From Alphaproteobacteria bacterium (GTDB taxonomy: Bacteria > Pseudomonadota > Alphaproteobacteria > Bin95), in contig JAJEIH010000053.1 in assembly GCA_022827685.1 (NCBI GenBank), positions 56 through 64,055 of the forward strand: a stretch of 64,000 nucleotides of DNA, written 5' to 3'. Shown here in pieces: positions 7,090 to 19,502 of this stretch (position 1 is its first letter; the number at the start of each line of letters is the position of its first letter). The notes under the pieces are model-generated. The model made no database searches. It worked only from the letters and a program-made list of their open reading frames with translations, and was not told the origin of the DNA. The translations under genes and the position numbers were made by a program.

Positions 7090-8297
7090 GCCCGCCGCCG
7101 TTCCGCCAGCGCGACGCCGGCCCCGATAAGCTGCTCGATCTCCGCTGCGGCGTAGCCGGCTTCGGCCAGCACCTCGCGGGTGGCGTTGCCGAAGAAGGGC
7201 GGGGCGGCGCGCACGCTGCCGGGTGTGCGCGAGAGCTTGGCGGCGATGCCGGGCGCCTCCCACTCGTCGCCTTCCACCGACGCGCGCATGCCCCGGTGCA
7301 GCGTGTGCGGGTGGGTGAAGACTTCGGGGATGGCGTTGACGGGCCCCGCCGGGACGCCCTGGCGCAGCAGCGTCTCGCAGAGCGCGTCGCACTCGAAATC
7401 CGCAAGCTTCGCCTCCAGCAGCGGCTTGAGTTCGGCGCGGTTGCGCGAGCGGGAGGCGTTGTCCGCAAAGCGCGCATCCTCCGCCAGATCGCCCGCGCCG
7501 ATGGCGTTGCAGAAGCGCGCCCACTGGCCGTTGTTGCCGATGGCGAGGAAGGCCTGCTTGTCGCGCGTGCGGAAGGCGTCATAGGGGTAGATGTTGGGGT
7601 GCGCATTGCCGGTGATCGCCGGCGCCCTGCCGGACATGAGCCAGTTCGGCGCCTGGGGGTGCAGCAGGGCGACGGCGCAGTCGTAGAGCGTGAGGTCGAG
7701 GAACTGGCCGCGCCCGGAGCGCTCGCGTTCGAGCAGCGCCATGAGGATGGCGATGACGGCGTTCAGGCCGGTGCCCATATCGACCATCGGCGTGCCGACG
7801 CGCACGGGTCCGCTCTCGGGCGAGCCGTTGACGCTCATCATGCCGGACATCGCCTGTATCACGGCGTCGTAGCCGGGGAAGCCGCCGAGCGGCCCGTCGG
7901 CGCCGAATCCCGTGATCCGGCAATGCACCAGCCTGGGGAAGCGCCGGCTCAGCACCTCCTCGTAGCCGAGGCCCCATTTCTCCAGCGTGCCGGGCTTGAA
8001 GTTCTCGGCGATGACGTCCGCGCCCTCCAGCAGGCGCATCAGCACCGCCTTGCCCTCGTCCTTCGACAGGTCGAGGCCGATGGAGCGCTTGTTGCGGTTG
8101 ACGCCCTGGAAATAGGCGGCCTCGCCGTCGGCGCGGAAGGGCGGCCCCCAGTCCCGCGTCTCGTCGCCCTGCGGCGGCTCGACCTTGATGACCTCGGCGC
8201 CGTGGTCGGCGAGGATCATGGTGCAGTAGGGGCCGCCGAGCACCCGCGTGCAGTCGATTACGCGATAGCCGGCGAGCGCGCCTCCGGAATGCGGCAT
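7086..8297 (-). CDS. Family III CoA-transferase (CaiB/BaiF/Frc family)
   Basis: RVIDCTRVLGGPYCTMILADHGAEVIKVEPP N-terminus and family-III signature throughout. The ATG at 8297 has GAGGAG 11 nt upstream. Its stop overlaps the convergent LeuD-like gene's stop by 4 nt. Confidence 0.85.
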   Translation of the reverse strand: MPHSGGALAGYRVIDCTRVLGGPYCTMILADHGAEVIKVEPPQGDETRDWGPPFRADGEAAYFQGVNRNKRSIGLDLSKDEGKAVLMRLLEGADVIAENFKPGTLEKWGLGYEEVLSRRFPRLVHCRITGFGADGPLGGFPGYDAVIQAMSGMMSVNGSPESGPVRVGTPMVDMGTGLNAVIAILMALLERERSGRGQFLDLTLYDCAVALLHPQAPNWLMSGRAPAITGNAHPNIYPYDAFRTRDKQAFLAIGNNGQWARFCNAIGAGDLAEDARFADNASRSRNRAELKPLLEAKLADFECDALCETLLRQGVPAGPVNAIPEVFTHPHTLHRGMRASVEGDEWEAPGIAAKLSRTPGSVRAAPPFFGNATREVLAEAGYAAAEIEQLIGAGVALAERRRA

Positions 8298-8426
8298 GGG
8301 AGCGGAACTCCTCAAGAGAAGCAGAAGAGACGCGAAACCTAGCGACTGCGGCTGCGGCTCGAAAGCCTGTCTTGATGCGGCCTGCCGCGTCGTCTAGCTA
8401 CAGGGACAGCGGAGCGGGAGGCGAGG

Positions 8427-9767
8427 ATGAACCTGTCCAGAATGCTGGCGGCGCGGGCCGCCGAGGGAAGGCCCGTGCGGGTCGGCGTCATCGGCTGCGG
8501 CAAGTTCGGGGCCATGTTCCTCGCCCAGGCCGGGCGGACGACGGGCATGCATGTCGTCGGGGTGGCCGACCTGGACCCGGAACGGGCGCGCTCGCAACTG
8601 GCGCGCATCAACTGGCCGGCGGAGCGCTACGGCGCCGCGTCCTTCGCCGAAGCCTTCAGGGACGGCACGACCTTCCTCACCGAAGACGCGCAGGAGCTCA
8701 TCCGGACCGACGGCATCGAGGTGGTCGTGGAAGCGACGGGCAACCCGGCCGCCGGCATCCGCCATGCGCTCGCCTGCTTCGAGGCCGGGCGGCATATCGT
8801 CATGGTGAATGTCGAGGCCGATGTGCTCGCCGGGCCGCTGCTCGCGCGAAAGGCGGAGGAGGCGGGCGTGGCCTGCGCCATGGCCTATGGCGACCAGCCG
8901 GCGCTGATCTACGAGATGGTGGACTGGGCGCGCACCTGCGGGCTCGAGGTCGTGGCGGCCGGCAAGGGCACCAAGCACATGGCGCATTACCACCAGTCCA
9001 CGCCGGAGACCGTGTGGGAGTATTACGGCATCGACGCCGAACGGGCGGCGCTGGGCGGCATGAATGCGCAGATGTTCAACTCCTTCGTGGACGGCACCAA
9101 GTCCGGGATCGAGATGGCGGCCGTCGCCAATGCCACCGGGCTGGGTGTGCCACGCAAGGGCCTCTCCTTCCGCCCCGCCTCCGTTTACGAACTCGCCGAC
9201 CTGCTGAAACCCGAGGCCGACGGCGGCACGCTGGAAGGCCGCGGCGGCTATGTGGAGGTGATCTCGTGTTTCGGCGCGAACGGCCAGGAGGTGCCGCACA
9301 ACCTGCGCCAGGGGGTCTATGTCACCTTCGCCGGGGCGGACGAGTATGTGCAGCGCTGCTTCGCCGAATACCACGTCTCCACGGACGAGAGCGGGGAATA
9401 TGCGGCGCTCTGGCGGCCTTCGCACCTGATCGGGCTGGAACTCGGCGTGTCGGTGGCGACGGCGGCGCTGCGCGGCGAGTCGACCGGCCATGCGGAGGGC
9501 TGGGCCGGCGATGTCGTCGCCACGGCCAAGCGCGACCTGAAGGCCGGCGAGGTGCTGGACGGGGAGGGCGGCTATTGCGTCTGGGGCAAGCTGATGCCGT
9601 CGGCCGACTCGCTGGCGCTCGGCGGCCTGCCCATCGGCCTCGCCCACGGCGTCCGGCTCCGCAACGCCATACCCTTCGGCCGGCCGGTGACCTGGGACGA
9701 TGTCGAGATCGACCCGAAGGACCCGACCGTCGCCTTCCGGCGCGAGATGGAACGCGCCTTCGCTTGA
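8427..9767 (+). CDS. NAD(P)-binding oxidoreductase with C-terminal SAF domain (homoserine-dehydrogenase-like)
   Basis: N-terminal Rossmann VRVGVIGCGKFG plus a C-terminal SAF-like region (KAGEVLDGEGGY). Confidence 0.6.
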   Translation: MNLSRMLAARAAEGRPVRVGVIGCGKFGAMFLAQAGRTTGMHVVGVADLDPERARSQLARINWPAERYGAASFAEAFRDGTTFLTEDAQELIRTDGIEVVVEATGNPAAGIRHALACFEAGRHIVMVNVEADVLAGPLLARKAEEAGVACAMAYGDQPALIYEMVDWARTCGLEVVAAGKGTKHMAHYHQSTPETVWEYYGIDAERAALGGMNAQMFNSFVDGTKSGIEMAAVANATGLGVPRKGLSFRPASVYELADLLKPEADGGTLEGRGGYVEVISCFGANGQEVPHNLRQGVYVTFAGADEYVQRCFAEYHVSTDESGEYAALWRPSHLIGLELGVSVATAALRGESTGHAEGWAGDVVATAKRDLKAGEVLDGEGGYCVWGKLMPSADSLALGGLPIGLAHGVRLRNAIPFGRPVTWDDVEIDPKDPTVAFRREMERAFA

Positions 9768-10905
9768 CGGAAAGCCCGTGTCCGAGTCCACCGCAGGGCC
9801 GCTGGCGGCGTGGCGCGCGCAGGTCGCGGCGAAGGCGCTGAGCGGCGACCCCGACCAGGAAATCTGCGCGCGGGCGCTCCAGGACCTGCATGACGCCCTG
9901 GGGGCCTTCGCCGCCGCCGGCAGGACGGGCGGGCTTCTGGCCCGGCTCGGCCTCGCGCGCCGGAGCGAGCCGGCGGCGGAGGCGCCGAAGGGCATCTACA
10001 TCCACGGGGCGGTCGGGCGCGGCAAGTCCATGCTGATGGACCTCTTCTTCGAGACCGCGCCGGTCGTTCGTAAGCGCCGGGTGCATTTCCACGCCTTCAT
10101 GACCGGAGTGCATGACCGCGCCCACCGGATGCGGAAGCGCGCCGGCGATCCGATTCCGGGCCTCGCCGCGGCCATCGCGGAAGAGGCGGCCCTGCTCTGC
10201 TTCGACGAGTTCCAGGTGGACAATATCGCCGATGCGATGATCCTCGGCCGCCTGTTCGAAGCGCTGCTGGCGCGGGGCGTGGTCGTGGTCGCAACGTCCA
10301 ACACCCCGCCGGCGGACCTCTACCGCAACGGCCTGCAGCGCGAGCGCTTCCTGCCCTTCATCGACATATTGCAGCAGCGCCTGCGCGTGCTCGAACTGGC
10401 CGGAGAGGGGGACCACCGGCTGGCGCGTCTGAGAGGGCGGCAGGTCTATCACGCGCCGCTCGACGCCGGGGCGGCCGCCGAACTCGACCGGGCGTTCCGC
10501 GACCTCACGGACCTGGAGCGGGGCGCGCCGGATACCGTGTCGGTCCGGGGGCGCGAGGTCGCCGTGCCGGAAGCCGCGCGCGGCGTGGCGCGCTTCCATT
10601 TCGACGACCTTTGCCGCCAGCCGCTCGGCGCCGGCGACTATCTGGCGCTGGCCGGGCGGTTCCACACATTCATCCTCGCCGGCGTGCCGGCGATGCGCCC
10701 GGAAGACCGCAACGAGGCGCGGCGCTTCATCAACCTGATCGACGCGCTTTACGAGGCGCGTTGCAACCTCGTGCTGTCGGCCGCGGCCGGCCCCGACAGG
10801 CTCTATCCCCTGGGCCTCGGAGCCGACATATTTCGCCGCACGACATCGCGCTTGATCGAAATGCAGGCGGAGGACTATATCGCGCGCCGCCATCTGGCTG
10901 CCTGA
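9700..10905 (+). CDS. zapE: ZapE/AFG1-family ATPase (cell division protein ZapE)
   Basis: Walker A GAVGRGKSMLMD, Walker B LLCFDEF, and AFG1-family body. The start is uncertain: the ATG at 9700 overlaps the upstream gene by 68 nt, and a GTG at 9778 is an alternative. Confidence 0.75.
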   Translation: MSRSTRRTRPSPSGARWNAPSLDGKPVSESTAGPLAAWRAQVAAKALSGDPDQEICARALQDLHDALGAFAAAGRTGGLLARLGLARRSEPAAEAPKGIYIHGAVGRGKSMLMDLFFETAPVVRKRRVHFHAFMTGVHDRAHRMRKRAGDPIPGLAAAIAEEAALLCFDEFQVDNIADAMILGRLFEALLARGVVVVATSNTPPADLYRNGLQRERFLPFIDILQQRLRVLELAGEGDHRLARLRGRQVYHAPLDAGAAAELDRAFRDLTDLERGAPDTVSVRGREVAVPEAARGVARFHFDDLCRQPLGAGDYLALAGRFHTFILAGVPAMRPEDRNEARRFINLIDALYEARCNLVLSAAAGPDRLYPLGLGADIFRRTTSRLIEMQAEDYIARRHLAA

Positions 10906-10947
10906 ACCGCGCGCGCCCTGTCGCCGTCCTCCCCGCGAGGTGCCCTC

Positions 10948-12216
10948 ATGCCCGCTTATCTGGGGCCTATCCTGCCGATTCTGGCAGCGGCGGCGTTGCT
11001 GCAACTGGGCAATGGGCTGCTCGCCACCCTTATCGGCGTGCGGCTGGAAGGCGCCGGCTTCGCCGCGTCCGTGACCGGGCTGGTGACCACGGCCTACTTC
11101 GCCGGGCAGCTTGCCGGGTCCAGCCTGTCCGGCGGCGTCATCAACCGCGTCGGCCACATTCGCGCCTTCGCCAGCTTTGCGACGGTGCTCTCGGCGGCGG
11201 CGCTGATCTACGCGCTCGCCGGCGGGCCGTTCGTCTGGTCCGCGGTGCGGTTCGCCAACGGCTTTGCGATGGCGGGCGTGCTGCTGGCGATGGAGAGCTG
11301 GCTCAACCATGTCTCCGGCAACGCCAGGCGGGGCTCCGCGCTCTCGACCTACATGGCGGTGTGCTATGCGGCCCTCAGCGTCGGGCCGCTGCTGATGATG
11401 GTCGAGGAGCCGGAGGGGTTCGCGCTGTTCAGCATCGCTTCGATACTGATGGGCCTGTCGCTGCTTCCGATGTCGCTCTCGAACCGGGCGCAGCCCGGCG
11501 TCGCCCAGCCCTCGCGGCTGCGCTTCCGGGACCTCGTGCGCATCTCGCCGCTCGGGATTGCGGGCGCCGTGCTGGCCGGGGCGATGATTGCGCCCCTGGT
11601 CGGCCTGAGTTCGGTCTATGCGGTATCCGCCGGCCACGGCGTTTCCGGCGCGGCGGCGTTCTGGCTGGCCCTGATCGGCGGCGGGTTCGCGCTTTCCTTC
11701 CCCATCGGCCGGCTCTCGGACCGCATTGAGCGGCGTCTCGTGCTGGCGGGCATCTGCTTCGCGGCGCTTGCGGCCGTGCTCCTGTTCCGGGTCATCGGCG
11801 ACGGTTCGCTCGAGGTGTTGATGGTCTTCGGGGCTGTATTCGGCGGCCTTGTCTTCGCCGCCTATCCGCTCGCGGCGGCCCATACCAACGACCATCTTCC
11901 GCCGGAAGACAGCGTGCCGGCAGCGGCCGGGCTGCTGATCGCCTTCGGCGCGGGCGCGGTTGCGGGGCCGCCGGTCGCGGCGCTTGCCATGGACCTTGCC
12001 GGTCCCGGGGCGCTGTTCGACAGCGTGGCCGCGATCGCCGCCGGGCTCGGCGCGTTCGCGCTCTACCGGCGCTCCCGCCGGGCGGACGTCGATGAGGCCG
12101 ACAAGGGCGCCTTCGTCGTGCTGCCGCGAACGAGCCCTGCCGCCTATGAAATGGACCCCTGGTCAGGCGATGCATCCGCTGGCGAGCCGCTTGTCGGAGG
12201 CGACGAAAGCCAGTAG
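10948..12216 (+). CDS. MFS transporter
   Basis: 12-TM profile and MFS-like loops. No substrate can be inferred. Confidence 0.7.
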   Translation: MPAYLGPILPILAAAALLQLGNGLLATLIGVRLEGAGFAASVTGLVTTAYFAGQLAGSSLSGGVINRVGHIRAFASFATVLSAAALIYALAGGPFVWSAVRFANGFAMAGVLLAMESWLNHVSGNARRGSALSTYMAVCYAALSVGPLLMMVEEPEGFALFSIASILMGLSLLPMSLSNRAQPGVAQPSRLRFRDLVRISPLGIAGAVLAGAMIAPLVGLSSVYAVSAGHGVSGAAAFWLALIGGGFALSFPIGRLSDRIERRLVLAGICFAALAAVLLFRVIGDGSLEVLMVFGAVFGGLVFAAYPLAAAHTNDHLPPEDSVPAAAGLLIAFGAGAVAGPPVAALAMDLAGPGALFDSVAAIAAGLGAFALYRRSRRADVDEADKGAFVVLPRTSPAAYEMDPWSGDASAGEPLVGGDESQ

Positions 12217-13224
<1,008 letters not shown>

Positions 13225-13339
13225 CGAGAACGATGGGGCCGGTTTCCCCGATGCGGGCAATCGCCTCGCCGCCCCGGCGGCAAAAGAGAGAAGACGGAGC
13301 GGGTCGCATGGCATTGGCGCGCACGCGGCGCAGCGTCGG

Positions 13340-14506
13340 ATGAACATTCACGAATACCAGGCGAAGGGCGTGCTGGCGCGCTTCGAGGTGCCGGTGCCGC
13401 GCGGCCATGTGGCCTACACGGTGGATGAGGCCGTGGAGGGCGCGGAGAAGCTCGGTGGGCCGGTCTGGGTCGTCAAGGCGCAGATCCATGCCGGCGGGCG
13501 CGGCAAGGCCGGCGGCGTCAAGGTGGTGCGCTCGGTCGCGGAAGTGCGCGACGCGGCGGCCGGCCTGCTGGGCCGAACGCTCGTGACCCACCAGACCGGG
13601 CCGGACGGCCAGGCGGTCAAGCGCATCTATGTGGAGGAAGGCTGCGACATTGCCCGCGAGCTTTACCTTTCCATGCTCGTGGACCGGACCCTCGGGCGCG
13701 TGACCGTCGTCGCATCCACCGAGGGCGGCATGAATATCGAGGAGGTGGCCGAGGCGACGCCGGAGAAGATCGTCACCTTTTCGATCGACCCCGCGACGGG
13801 CGTGCAGCCGCATCACGGCCGCCGCCTTGCATCCGCCTTCGGGCTCGGGGCGGCGGAGGTCCGCGGGGCGGCGGGGCTGCTCGCCAATCTCTACAGGGCG
13901 TTCACGGAGCTCGACGCCGGGCTCATCGAGATCAATCCGCTCGTCGTGACCGGAAGCGGCGGGCTGCTTGCGCTCGATGCGAAGATGAGCTTCGACGACA
14001 ATGCGCTCTTCCGCCAGCCCGGCGTGGACGAACTGCGCGACGAGGACGAGGAGACGCCGGTGGAGCGGCAGGCGGAGGCGCTCGGCTTCAGCTATGTCAA
14101 GCTGGACGGCAATATCGGCTGCATGGTGAACGGCGCCGGACTCGCCATGGCGACGATGGACATCATCAAGCTGCAGGGGGCGGAGCCTGCCAACTTCCTT
14201 GATGTCGGCGGCGGCGCGGACAAGGAGCGCGTCATCAGCGCCTTCAAGATCATCCTGTCCGACCCCAATGTCGAGGCGATCCTGGTCAATATCTTCGGCG
14301 GCATCATGCAGTGCGACGTGATCGCGGAGGGCGTCGTCGAAGCCGCGCATGAGGTCAGCCTCGACGTGCCGCTGGTGGTGCGCCTCGAAGGCACGAATGT
14401 CGAGCAGGGCAAGCGTATCCTCGCGCGGTCCGGGCTGCCGATCACCGCCGCGGACGACCTCGGCGAGGCGGCGGCCAGGGTCGTCGCCGCGGTCGGGGAG
14501 GGCTGA
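13340..14506 (+). CDS. sucC: Succinyl-CoA ligase (ADP-forming) beta subunit
   Basis: [23 protein letters not shown]-terminus and ATP-grasp body. Confidence 0.95.
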   Translation: MNIHEYQAKGVLARFEVPVPRGHVAYTVDEAVEGAEKLGGPVWVVKAQIHAGGRGKAGGVKVVRSVAEVRDAAAGLLGRTLVTHQTGPDGQAVKRIYVEEGCDIARELYLSMLVDRTLGRVTVVASTEGGMNIEEVAEATPEKIVTFSIDPATGVQPHHGRRLASAFGLGAAEVRGAAGLLANLYRAFTELDAGLIEINPLVVTGSGGLLALDAKMSFDDNALFRQPGVDELRDEDEETPVERQAEALGFSYVKLDGNIGCMVNGAGLAMATMDIIKLQGAEPANFLDVGGGADKERVISAFKIILSDPNVEAILVNIFGGIMQCDVIAEGVVEAAHEVSLDVPLVVRLEGTNVEQGKRILARSGLPITAADDLGEAAARVVAAVGEG

Positions 14507-14510
14507 GGCC

Positions 14511-15386
14511 ATGGCGGTGCTGATCGACGAGAACACCCGCGTGATCTGCCAGGGAATCACGGGCAGGCAGGGCACCTTCCATTCCCAGCAGGCCATCGAC
14601 TACGGCACGCGGATGGTCGGCGGGGTGGCGCCGGGCAAGGGCGGGCGCCGCCATCTCGGCCTGCCGGTGTTCGACACCGTATCCGACGCGAAGGCCGAGA
14701 CCGGGGCCGACGCGACGGTCATCTATGTGCCGCCGCCCTTCGCGGCCGACGCGATGCTGGAGGCGGCGGCCGCGGAGATCCCGCTCATCGTCTGCATCAC
14801 TGAAGGCGTGCCGGTGCTCGACATGGTGCGCGTCAAGCGGGCCCTTGCCGGCTCCGGCTCGCGGCTGATCGGACCCAATTGCCCGGGCGCCATCACGCCC
14901 GACGCGTGCAAGATCGGCATCATGCCGGGCCATATCCACCGACGCGGGCGGATCGGCATCGTCTCCCGTTCCGGCACGCTGACCTATGAGGCCGTCGCGC
15001 AGACCACCGCCGCCGGCCTCGGCCAGTCCACCTGCATCGGTATCGGCGGCGACCCGGTGAACGGCACCGACTTCATCGATTGCCTGAGGCTCTTCCATGA
15101 CGACCCGGAAACGGAGGGCATCGTCATCATCGGGGAGATAGGCGGCAGCGCGGAGGAAGACGCGGCCGCGTTTTACGCCGGCCTGCCGGAGCGCAAGCCG
15201 GCCGTGGGCTTCATCGCCGGGGCGTCGGCGCCGCCCGGCAAGCGCATGGGCCATGCCGGGGCCATCGTGTCCGGCGGCAAGGGCACGGCGGAAAACAAGA
15301 TCGAAGCCTTTACCGACGCCGGAATTCTGGTAAGCCGCTCGCCGGCTGCGCTGGGCGAGACCATGCTCGAGGCCCTTGGCCGCTGA
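14511..15386 (+). CDS. sucD: Succinyl-CoA ligase alpha subunit
   Basis: [24 protein letters not shown], and the active His in [25 protein letters not shown]. Confidence 0.95.
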   Translation: MAVLIDENTRVICQGITGRQGTFHSQQAIDYGTRMVGGVAPGKGGRRHLGLPVFDTVSDAKAETGADATVIYVPPPFAADAMLEAAAAEIPLIVCITEGVPVLDMVRVKRALAGSGSRLIGPNCPGAITPDACKIGIMPGHIHRRGRIGIVSRSGTLTYEAVAQTTAAGLGQSTCIGIGGDPVNGTDFIDCLRLFHDDPETEGIVIIGEIGGSAEEDAAAFYAGLPERKPAVGFIAGASAPPGKRMGHAGAIVSGGKGTAENKIEAFTDAGILVSRSPAALGETMLEALGR

Positions 15387-15421
15387 CGCGCCGGCGAAGA
15401 GGCGGAAGGAGGTAACTGGCA

Positions 15422-18274
15422 ATGGCGGTATCTTCCGAGGCGGATGATTTCCTGCATGGCGGCAATGCCGTCTTCATCGCGGAACTCTACGAGCAATATC
15501 TGCGCGACCCGGGTTCGGTGGACGAAAGCTGGGCGGGTTTCTTCGCCGAGCTGAAATCGAACGGGCGCGCGGACCGGGCCCCCGCGCCGGCCGCCTGGGG
15601 CCGGATGCGCCCGCAGGTGATCGGCAACGGCCACGACGCGGCGCCCGCGGGCAACGGAGCCGTTGCGGAATCCGGCGAGGGCGGGCGGCAGGCGACGCAT
15701 GACTCGATTCGCGCGCTGATGCTCATCCGCGCCTACCGGGTGCGCGGCCATCTCTATGCGAGGCTCGATCCGCTCGGCCTGCACGAACCGGAACACCACC
15801 CCGAGCTCGACCCCGCGACCTACGGCTTCGGCGAGGACGACTGGGACCGCCCGATCTTCATCGACGGCGTGCTCGGCCGCGAACACGCCACCATGCGCGA
15901 GATCGAGGCGGCGCTGCATGACATATACAGTTCGAGCATCGGGGTGGAATTCATGCATATCCAGGATCCGGACCAGAAGGCCTGGATCCAGAGGCGTATC
16001 GAGCAGCCGCTGAACCGCACCCAGTTCACCGAGCGCGGCCGCCGCGCCATCCTGGAGCGGCTGACGGAGGCAGAGGTCTTCGAACACTTCCTCGACCGCA
16101 AATATATCGGCACCAAGCGCTTCGGGCTGGAAGGCGGCGAGGCGCTGATCCCGGCGCTGGAGCAGATCATCAAGCGCGGCGGCGAGATGGGGCTGGAAGA
16201 AGCGGTGATCGGCATGGCCCACCGGGGGCGGCTGAACGTGCTCGCCAATTTCATGGGCAAGCCCTTCCAGGCGATCTTCTCCGAGTTCCAGGGCCAGCCG
16301 GCGAACCCCGAGGACGTGCAGGGCTCGGGCGATGTGAAATACCATCTCGGCACATCGTCGGACCGCGAGTTCGACGGCAATGTCATCCATCTCTCGCTCT
16401 GCCCGAATCCCAGCCATCTGGAGATCGTCAACCCGGTCGTCATCGGGCGGGCGCGGGCCAAGCAGGAGCAGCGCGGCGACGATGAGCGCGACAAGGTCAT
16501 GCCGATCCTGCTGCATGGTGACGCCGCCTTCATCGGGCAGGGCCTCGTGGCGGAGACCTTCGAGCTCTCCGAGCTCAAGGGCTACAAGGTCGGCGGCACC
16601 ATCCATGTGGTCATCAACAACCAGATCGGCTTCACCACCTCGCCGACGGATTCGCGCTCCAGCCCCTATTGCTCCGGCATGGCGCAGATCGTCCAGGCGC
16701 CCGTCTTCCATGTGAACGGCGACGATCCCGAGGCGGTGGTGCATGTTGCGCGGATCGCCACCGAGTTCCGCTTCCGCTTCAAGCGCGATGTCGTCATCGA
16801 CATGTATTGCTACCGTCGCCAGGGGCACAATGAGGCGGACGAGCCGGCTTTCACCCAGCCGATCATGTATGACGCCATCGACAGGCACGCGACCACGAGG
16901 GCGATCTACGCCGACCGTCTGGCCGCGGAGGGCCTTATCGGGCCCGACGAGGCGGACGGCATCGTCGAAGACTTCCGCGCCAAGCTGGACCGCGATTTCG
17001 ACGCCGCGAACAGCTACAAGCCCAACAAGGCCGACTGGCTGGAAGGGGCGTGGAGCGGCATCGAGGTGGCGAGCGAAGGGGACCGGCGCGGCTCGACCGC
17101 CGTGCCCCTCGACCGGTTGCAGGCGGTCGGCAGCCGCCTGACGACAGTGCCGGAGGGCTTCAATCTCAATCCCAAGATCGCCCGCCAGTTCCGGCAGCGG
17201 GCGAAGGTCTTCGAGACCGGCGAAGGGCTCGACTGGGCGACGGCCGAAGCGCTGGCCTTCGGCACGCTCGCCGAGGAAGGGATTCCGGTGCGCCTCTCCG
17301 GGCAGGACTGCGGGCGGGGCACCTTCTCGCAGCGCCATGCCGTGCTGCGCGACCAGGTGGATGAGAGCAAATACACGCCGCTCCAGCATATCGGACCCGA
17401 ACAGGGCCGGGTCGAGATCATCGACAGCCCGCTGGCCGAGGCGTCGGTGCTCGGATTCGAATACGGCTATTCGCAGAGCGAACCGCATGCGCTGGTGATG
17501 TGGGAGGCGCAATTCGGCGATTTCGCCAACGGCGCGCAGGTGGTGATGGACCAGTTCATCTCCTCCGGCGAGTCGAAATGGCTGCGCATGTCCGGCCTGG
17601 TCATGCTGTTGCCGCACGGCTATGAGGGCCAGGGGCCAGAGCATTCCTCGGCGCGGCTGGAGCGCTATCTCCAGCTTTGCGCGGAAGACAACATGCAGGT
17701 CATCTACCCGACCACGCCGGCCAACTACTTCCATGCGCTGCGCCGGCAGGTGAGGCGGGAGTTCCGCAAGCCGCTGATCGTGATGACGCCGAAATCGCTG
17801 CTGCGGCACAGGCTCTGCGTATCGGGGCTCGGCGAGCTTGCCGACGGCTCCTCTTTCCACCGGGTCAATCCGGAAGTCGACGAGATCGCCGAAGGCGAGG
17901 CGGTCCGCCGTGTGGTGCTCTGCTCCGGCAAGGTCTATTACGACCTGCTGCAGCAGCGCCGGGAGGAGGGTGTCCGCGATGTGGCGCTGCTGCGCGTCGA
18001 GCAGCTCTATCCCTTCCCCGAAGGCACGCTCGCCGAGGAGCTCGCCCGCTACCCGAAGGCCGAGATCGTCTGGTGCCAGGAAGAGCCGGAGAACATGGGG
18101 GCCTGGACCTTCGTGGACCGGCGCATCGAGGCGGTGCTGGAGGATATGGGCGCGAGCGCGCGCCGGCCCCGTTACGTCGGCAGGCCGGCAGCGGCGTCGC
18201 CGGCGACCGGGCTGCTGACGCGGCATAATTTCGAGCAGAAGGCGCTGGTCGCCGAAGCGCTTGGCGCGGGCTGA
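15422..18274 (+). CDS. sucA: 2-oxoglutarate dehydrogenase E1 component
   Basis: 950 aa with SucA hallmarks ([24 protein letters not shown], transketolase-like C-terminus). Confidence 0.95.
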   Translation: MAVSSEADDFLHGGNAVFIAELYEQYLRDPGSVDESWAGFFAELKSNGRADRAPAPAAWGRMRPQVIGNGHDAAPAGNGAVAESGEGGRQATHDSIRALMLIRAYRVRGHLYARLDPLGLHEPEHHPELDPATYGFGEDDWDRPIFIDGVLGREHATMREIEAALHDIYSSSIGVEFMHIQDPDQKAWIQRRIEQPLNRTQFTERGRRAILERLTEAEVFEHFLDRKYIGTKRFGLEGGEALIPALEQIIKRGGEMGLEEAVIGMAHRGRLNVLANFMGKPFQAIFSEFQGQPANPEDVQGSGDVKYHLGTSSDREFDGNVIHLSLCPNPSHLEIVNPVVIGRARAKQEQRGDDERDKVMPILLHGDAAFIGQGLVAETFELSELKGYKVGGTIHVVINNQIGFTTSPTDSRSSPYCSGMAQIVQAPVFHVNGDDPEAVVHVARIATEFRFRFKRDVVIDMYCYRRQGHNEADEPAFTQPIMYDAIDRHATTRAIYADRLAAEGLIGPDEADGIVEDFRAKLDRDFDAANSYKPNKADWLEGAWSGIEVASEGDRRGSTAVPLDRLQAVGSRLTTVPEGFNLNPKIARQFRQRAKVFETGEGLDWATAEALAFGTLAEEGIPVRLSGQDCGRGTFSQRHAVLRDQVDESKYTPLQHIGPEQGRVEIIDSPLAEASVLGFEYGYSQSEPHALVMWEAQFGDFANGAQVVMDQFISSGESKWLRMSGLVMLLPHGYEGQGPEHSSARLERYLQLCAEDNMQVIYPTTPANYFHALRRQVRREFRKPLIVMTPKSLLRHRLCVSGLGELADGSSFHRVNPEVDEIAEGEAVRRVVLCSGKVYYDLLQQRREEGVRDVALLRVEQLYPFPEGTLAEELARYPKAEIVWCQEEPENMGAWTFVDRRIEAVLEDMGASARRPRYVGRPAAASPATGLLTRHNFEQKALVAEALGAG

Positions 18275-18293
18275 CCGGAGGAGAGACCAGGCG

Positions 18294-19487
18294 ATGGCGA
18301 TCGAGATCCAGGTGCCGCAGCTCGGCGAGAGCATCAGCGAGGCGACGGTCGCCCGCTGGATGAAGGCGCCGGGCGACGCGGTGGAGGCGGACGAGCCGCT
18401 GGTCGAACTCGAAACCGACAAGGTCACGGTCGAAGTGCCGGCGCCCCGGAGCGGTGTGCTGGAAGAGATTCTGGCCGGCGAGGGCGAGGAAGTGGAAGTG
18501 GGCGCCGTGCTGGGCCGGATGGCGGCGGGCGCCGCGCCTGCGAAGGCCGCTCCCGCGCCGAAGGCCCGGGAATCGGCCCCGGCTGCCGCCGACGCTCCGC
18601 CGCTATCGCCGGCGGCGCGCAAGCTGCTGGCCGACAACGCGCTTGCGCCCGAGGCGGTCGCCGGCACCGGCAAGGACGGGCGGATCACCAAGGCCGACGT
18701 GCTTGCCCATCTCGAGTCCGCCGCCGCGCCGCCGCCTGCGCTGGCCCCTGCCGCTCCGGCTGCGCCAAAAGTGCCGCGCCCGGACCATCCGCGCGAGGAG
18801 CGGGTGCGGATGTCGCGCCTGCGCCGGCGCATCGCCGAGCGGCTCAAGGACGCCCAGAACACCGCCGCCATGCTCACCACCTTCAACGAGGCGGACATGA
18901 GCGGCGTGGTGGCGCTGCGCCGGCGCTACCGCGAGGCGTTCGAGACGCGCCACGGCGTGCGGCTCGGCTTCATGTCCTTCTTCGTCAAGGCCTGCATCGG
19001 CGCGCTCAAGGAAATCCCCGCGGTCAATGCCGAGATCGACGGCGACGACGTCATCTACAAGAACCACTACGACATCGGCGTGGCCGTCGGCACGGCGCAG
19101 GGCCTGGTGGTGCCGGTGCTGAAGGACGCCGACGCCATGAGCTTCGCCGAGGTCGAGCGCAGCATCGGCGATCTCGGCGCCAGGGCGCGGGACGGCAAGC
19201 TCTCCATGGACGACCTCACCGGCGGCACCTTCACGATCTCGAACGGCGGGGTTTACGGCTCGCTCATGTCGGCGCCGATCCTCAACCCGCCGCAGTCCGG
19301 CATTCTCGGCATGCACAAGATCGAGGACCGCCCGGTGGCGGTGGACGGCAAGGTGGAGATCCGGCCGATGATGTATCTGGCGCTCTCCTACGACCACCGG
19401 ATCATCGACGGGTCGGAGTCCGTCACCTTCCTGGTGCGCGTCAAGGAAGCGATCGAGAATCCCGAGCGCCTGCTGCTCGACGTCTGA
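18294..19487 (+). CDS. sucB: Dihydrolipoyllysine-residue succinyltransferase (E2 of OGDH)
   Basis: Lipoyl domain [12 protein letters not shown], Ala/Pro linker, and the catalytic C-terminus DHRIIDG. GGAGGAG RBS is present. Confidence 0.95.
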   Translation: MAIEIQVPQLGESISEATVARWMKAPGDAVEADEPLVELETDKVTVEVPAPRSGVLEEILAGEGEEVEVGAVLGRMAAGAAPAKAAPAPKARESAPAAADAPPLSPAARKLLADNALAPEAVAGTGKDGRITKADVLAHLESAAAPPPALAPAAPAAPKVPRPDHPREERVRMSRLRRRIAERLKDAQNTAAMLTTFNEADMSGVVALRRRYREAFETRHGVRLGFMSFFVKACIGALKEIPAVNAEIDGDDVIYKNHYDIGVAVGTAQGLVVPVLKDADAMSFAEVERSIGDLGARARDGKLSMDDLTGGTFTISNGGVYGSLMSAPILNPPQSGILGMHKIEDRPVAVDGKVEIRPMMYLALSYDHRIIDGSESVTFLVRVKEAIENPERLLLDV

Positions 19488-19502
19488 GGAACGGGGAACT
19501 CC

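Noticed and set aside
15173-18898. 1241-aa minus-strand ORF, and similar giant ORFs at 18603..21656-, 36748..41475-, 38706..41477+, 9322..11895-, 23736..26264-, 28775..31525+, 43438..46020+ and 24560..28147-
   Set aside because: All lie antisense to, or out of frame with, genes that have unmistakable homology (sucA, sucB/lpdA, ampG/dsbA, thrS, pheST). Their products are Arg/Ala/Gly/Pro-rich low-complexity strings, typical of stop-codon-poor frames in ~70% GC DNA. The 1195-aa frame at 24560..28147 is real only from the GTG at 26971 (pheT).
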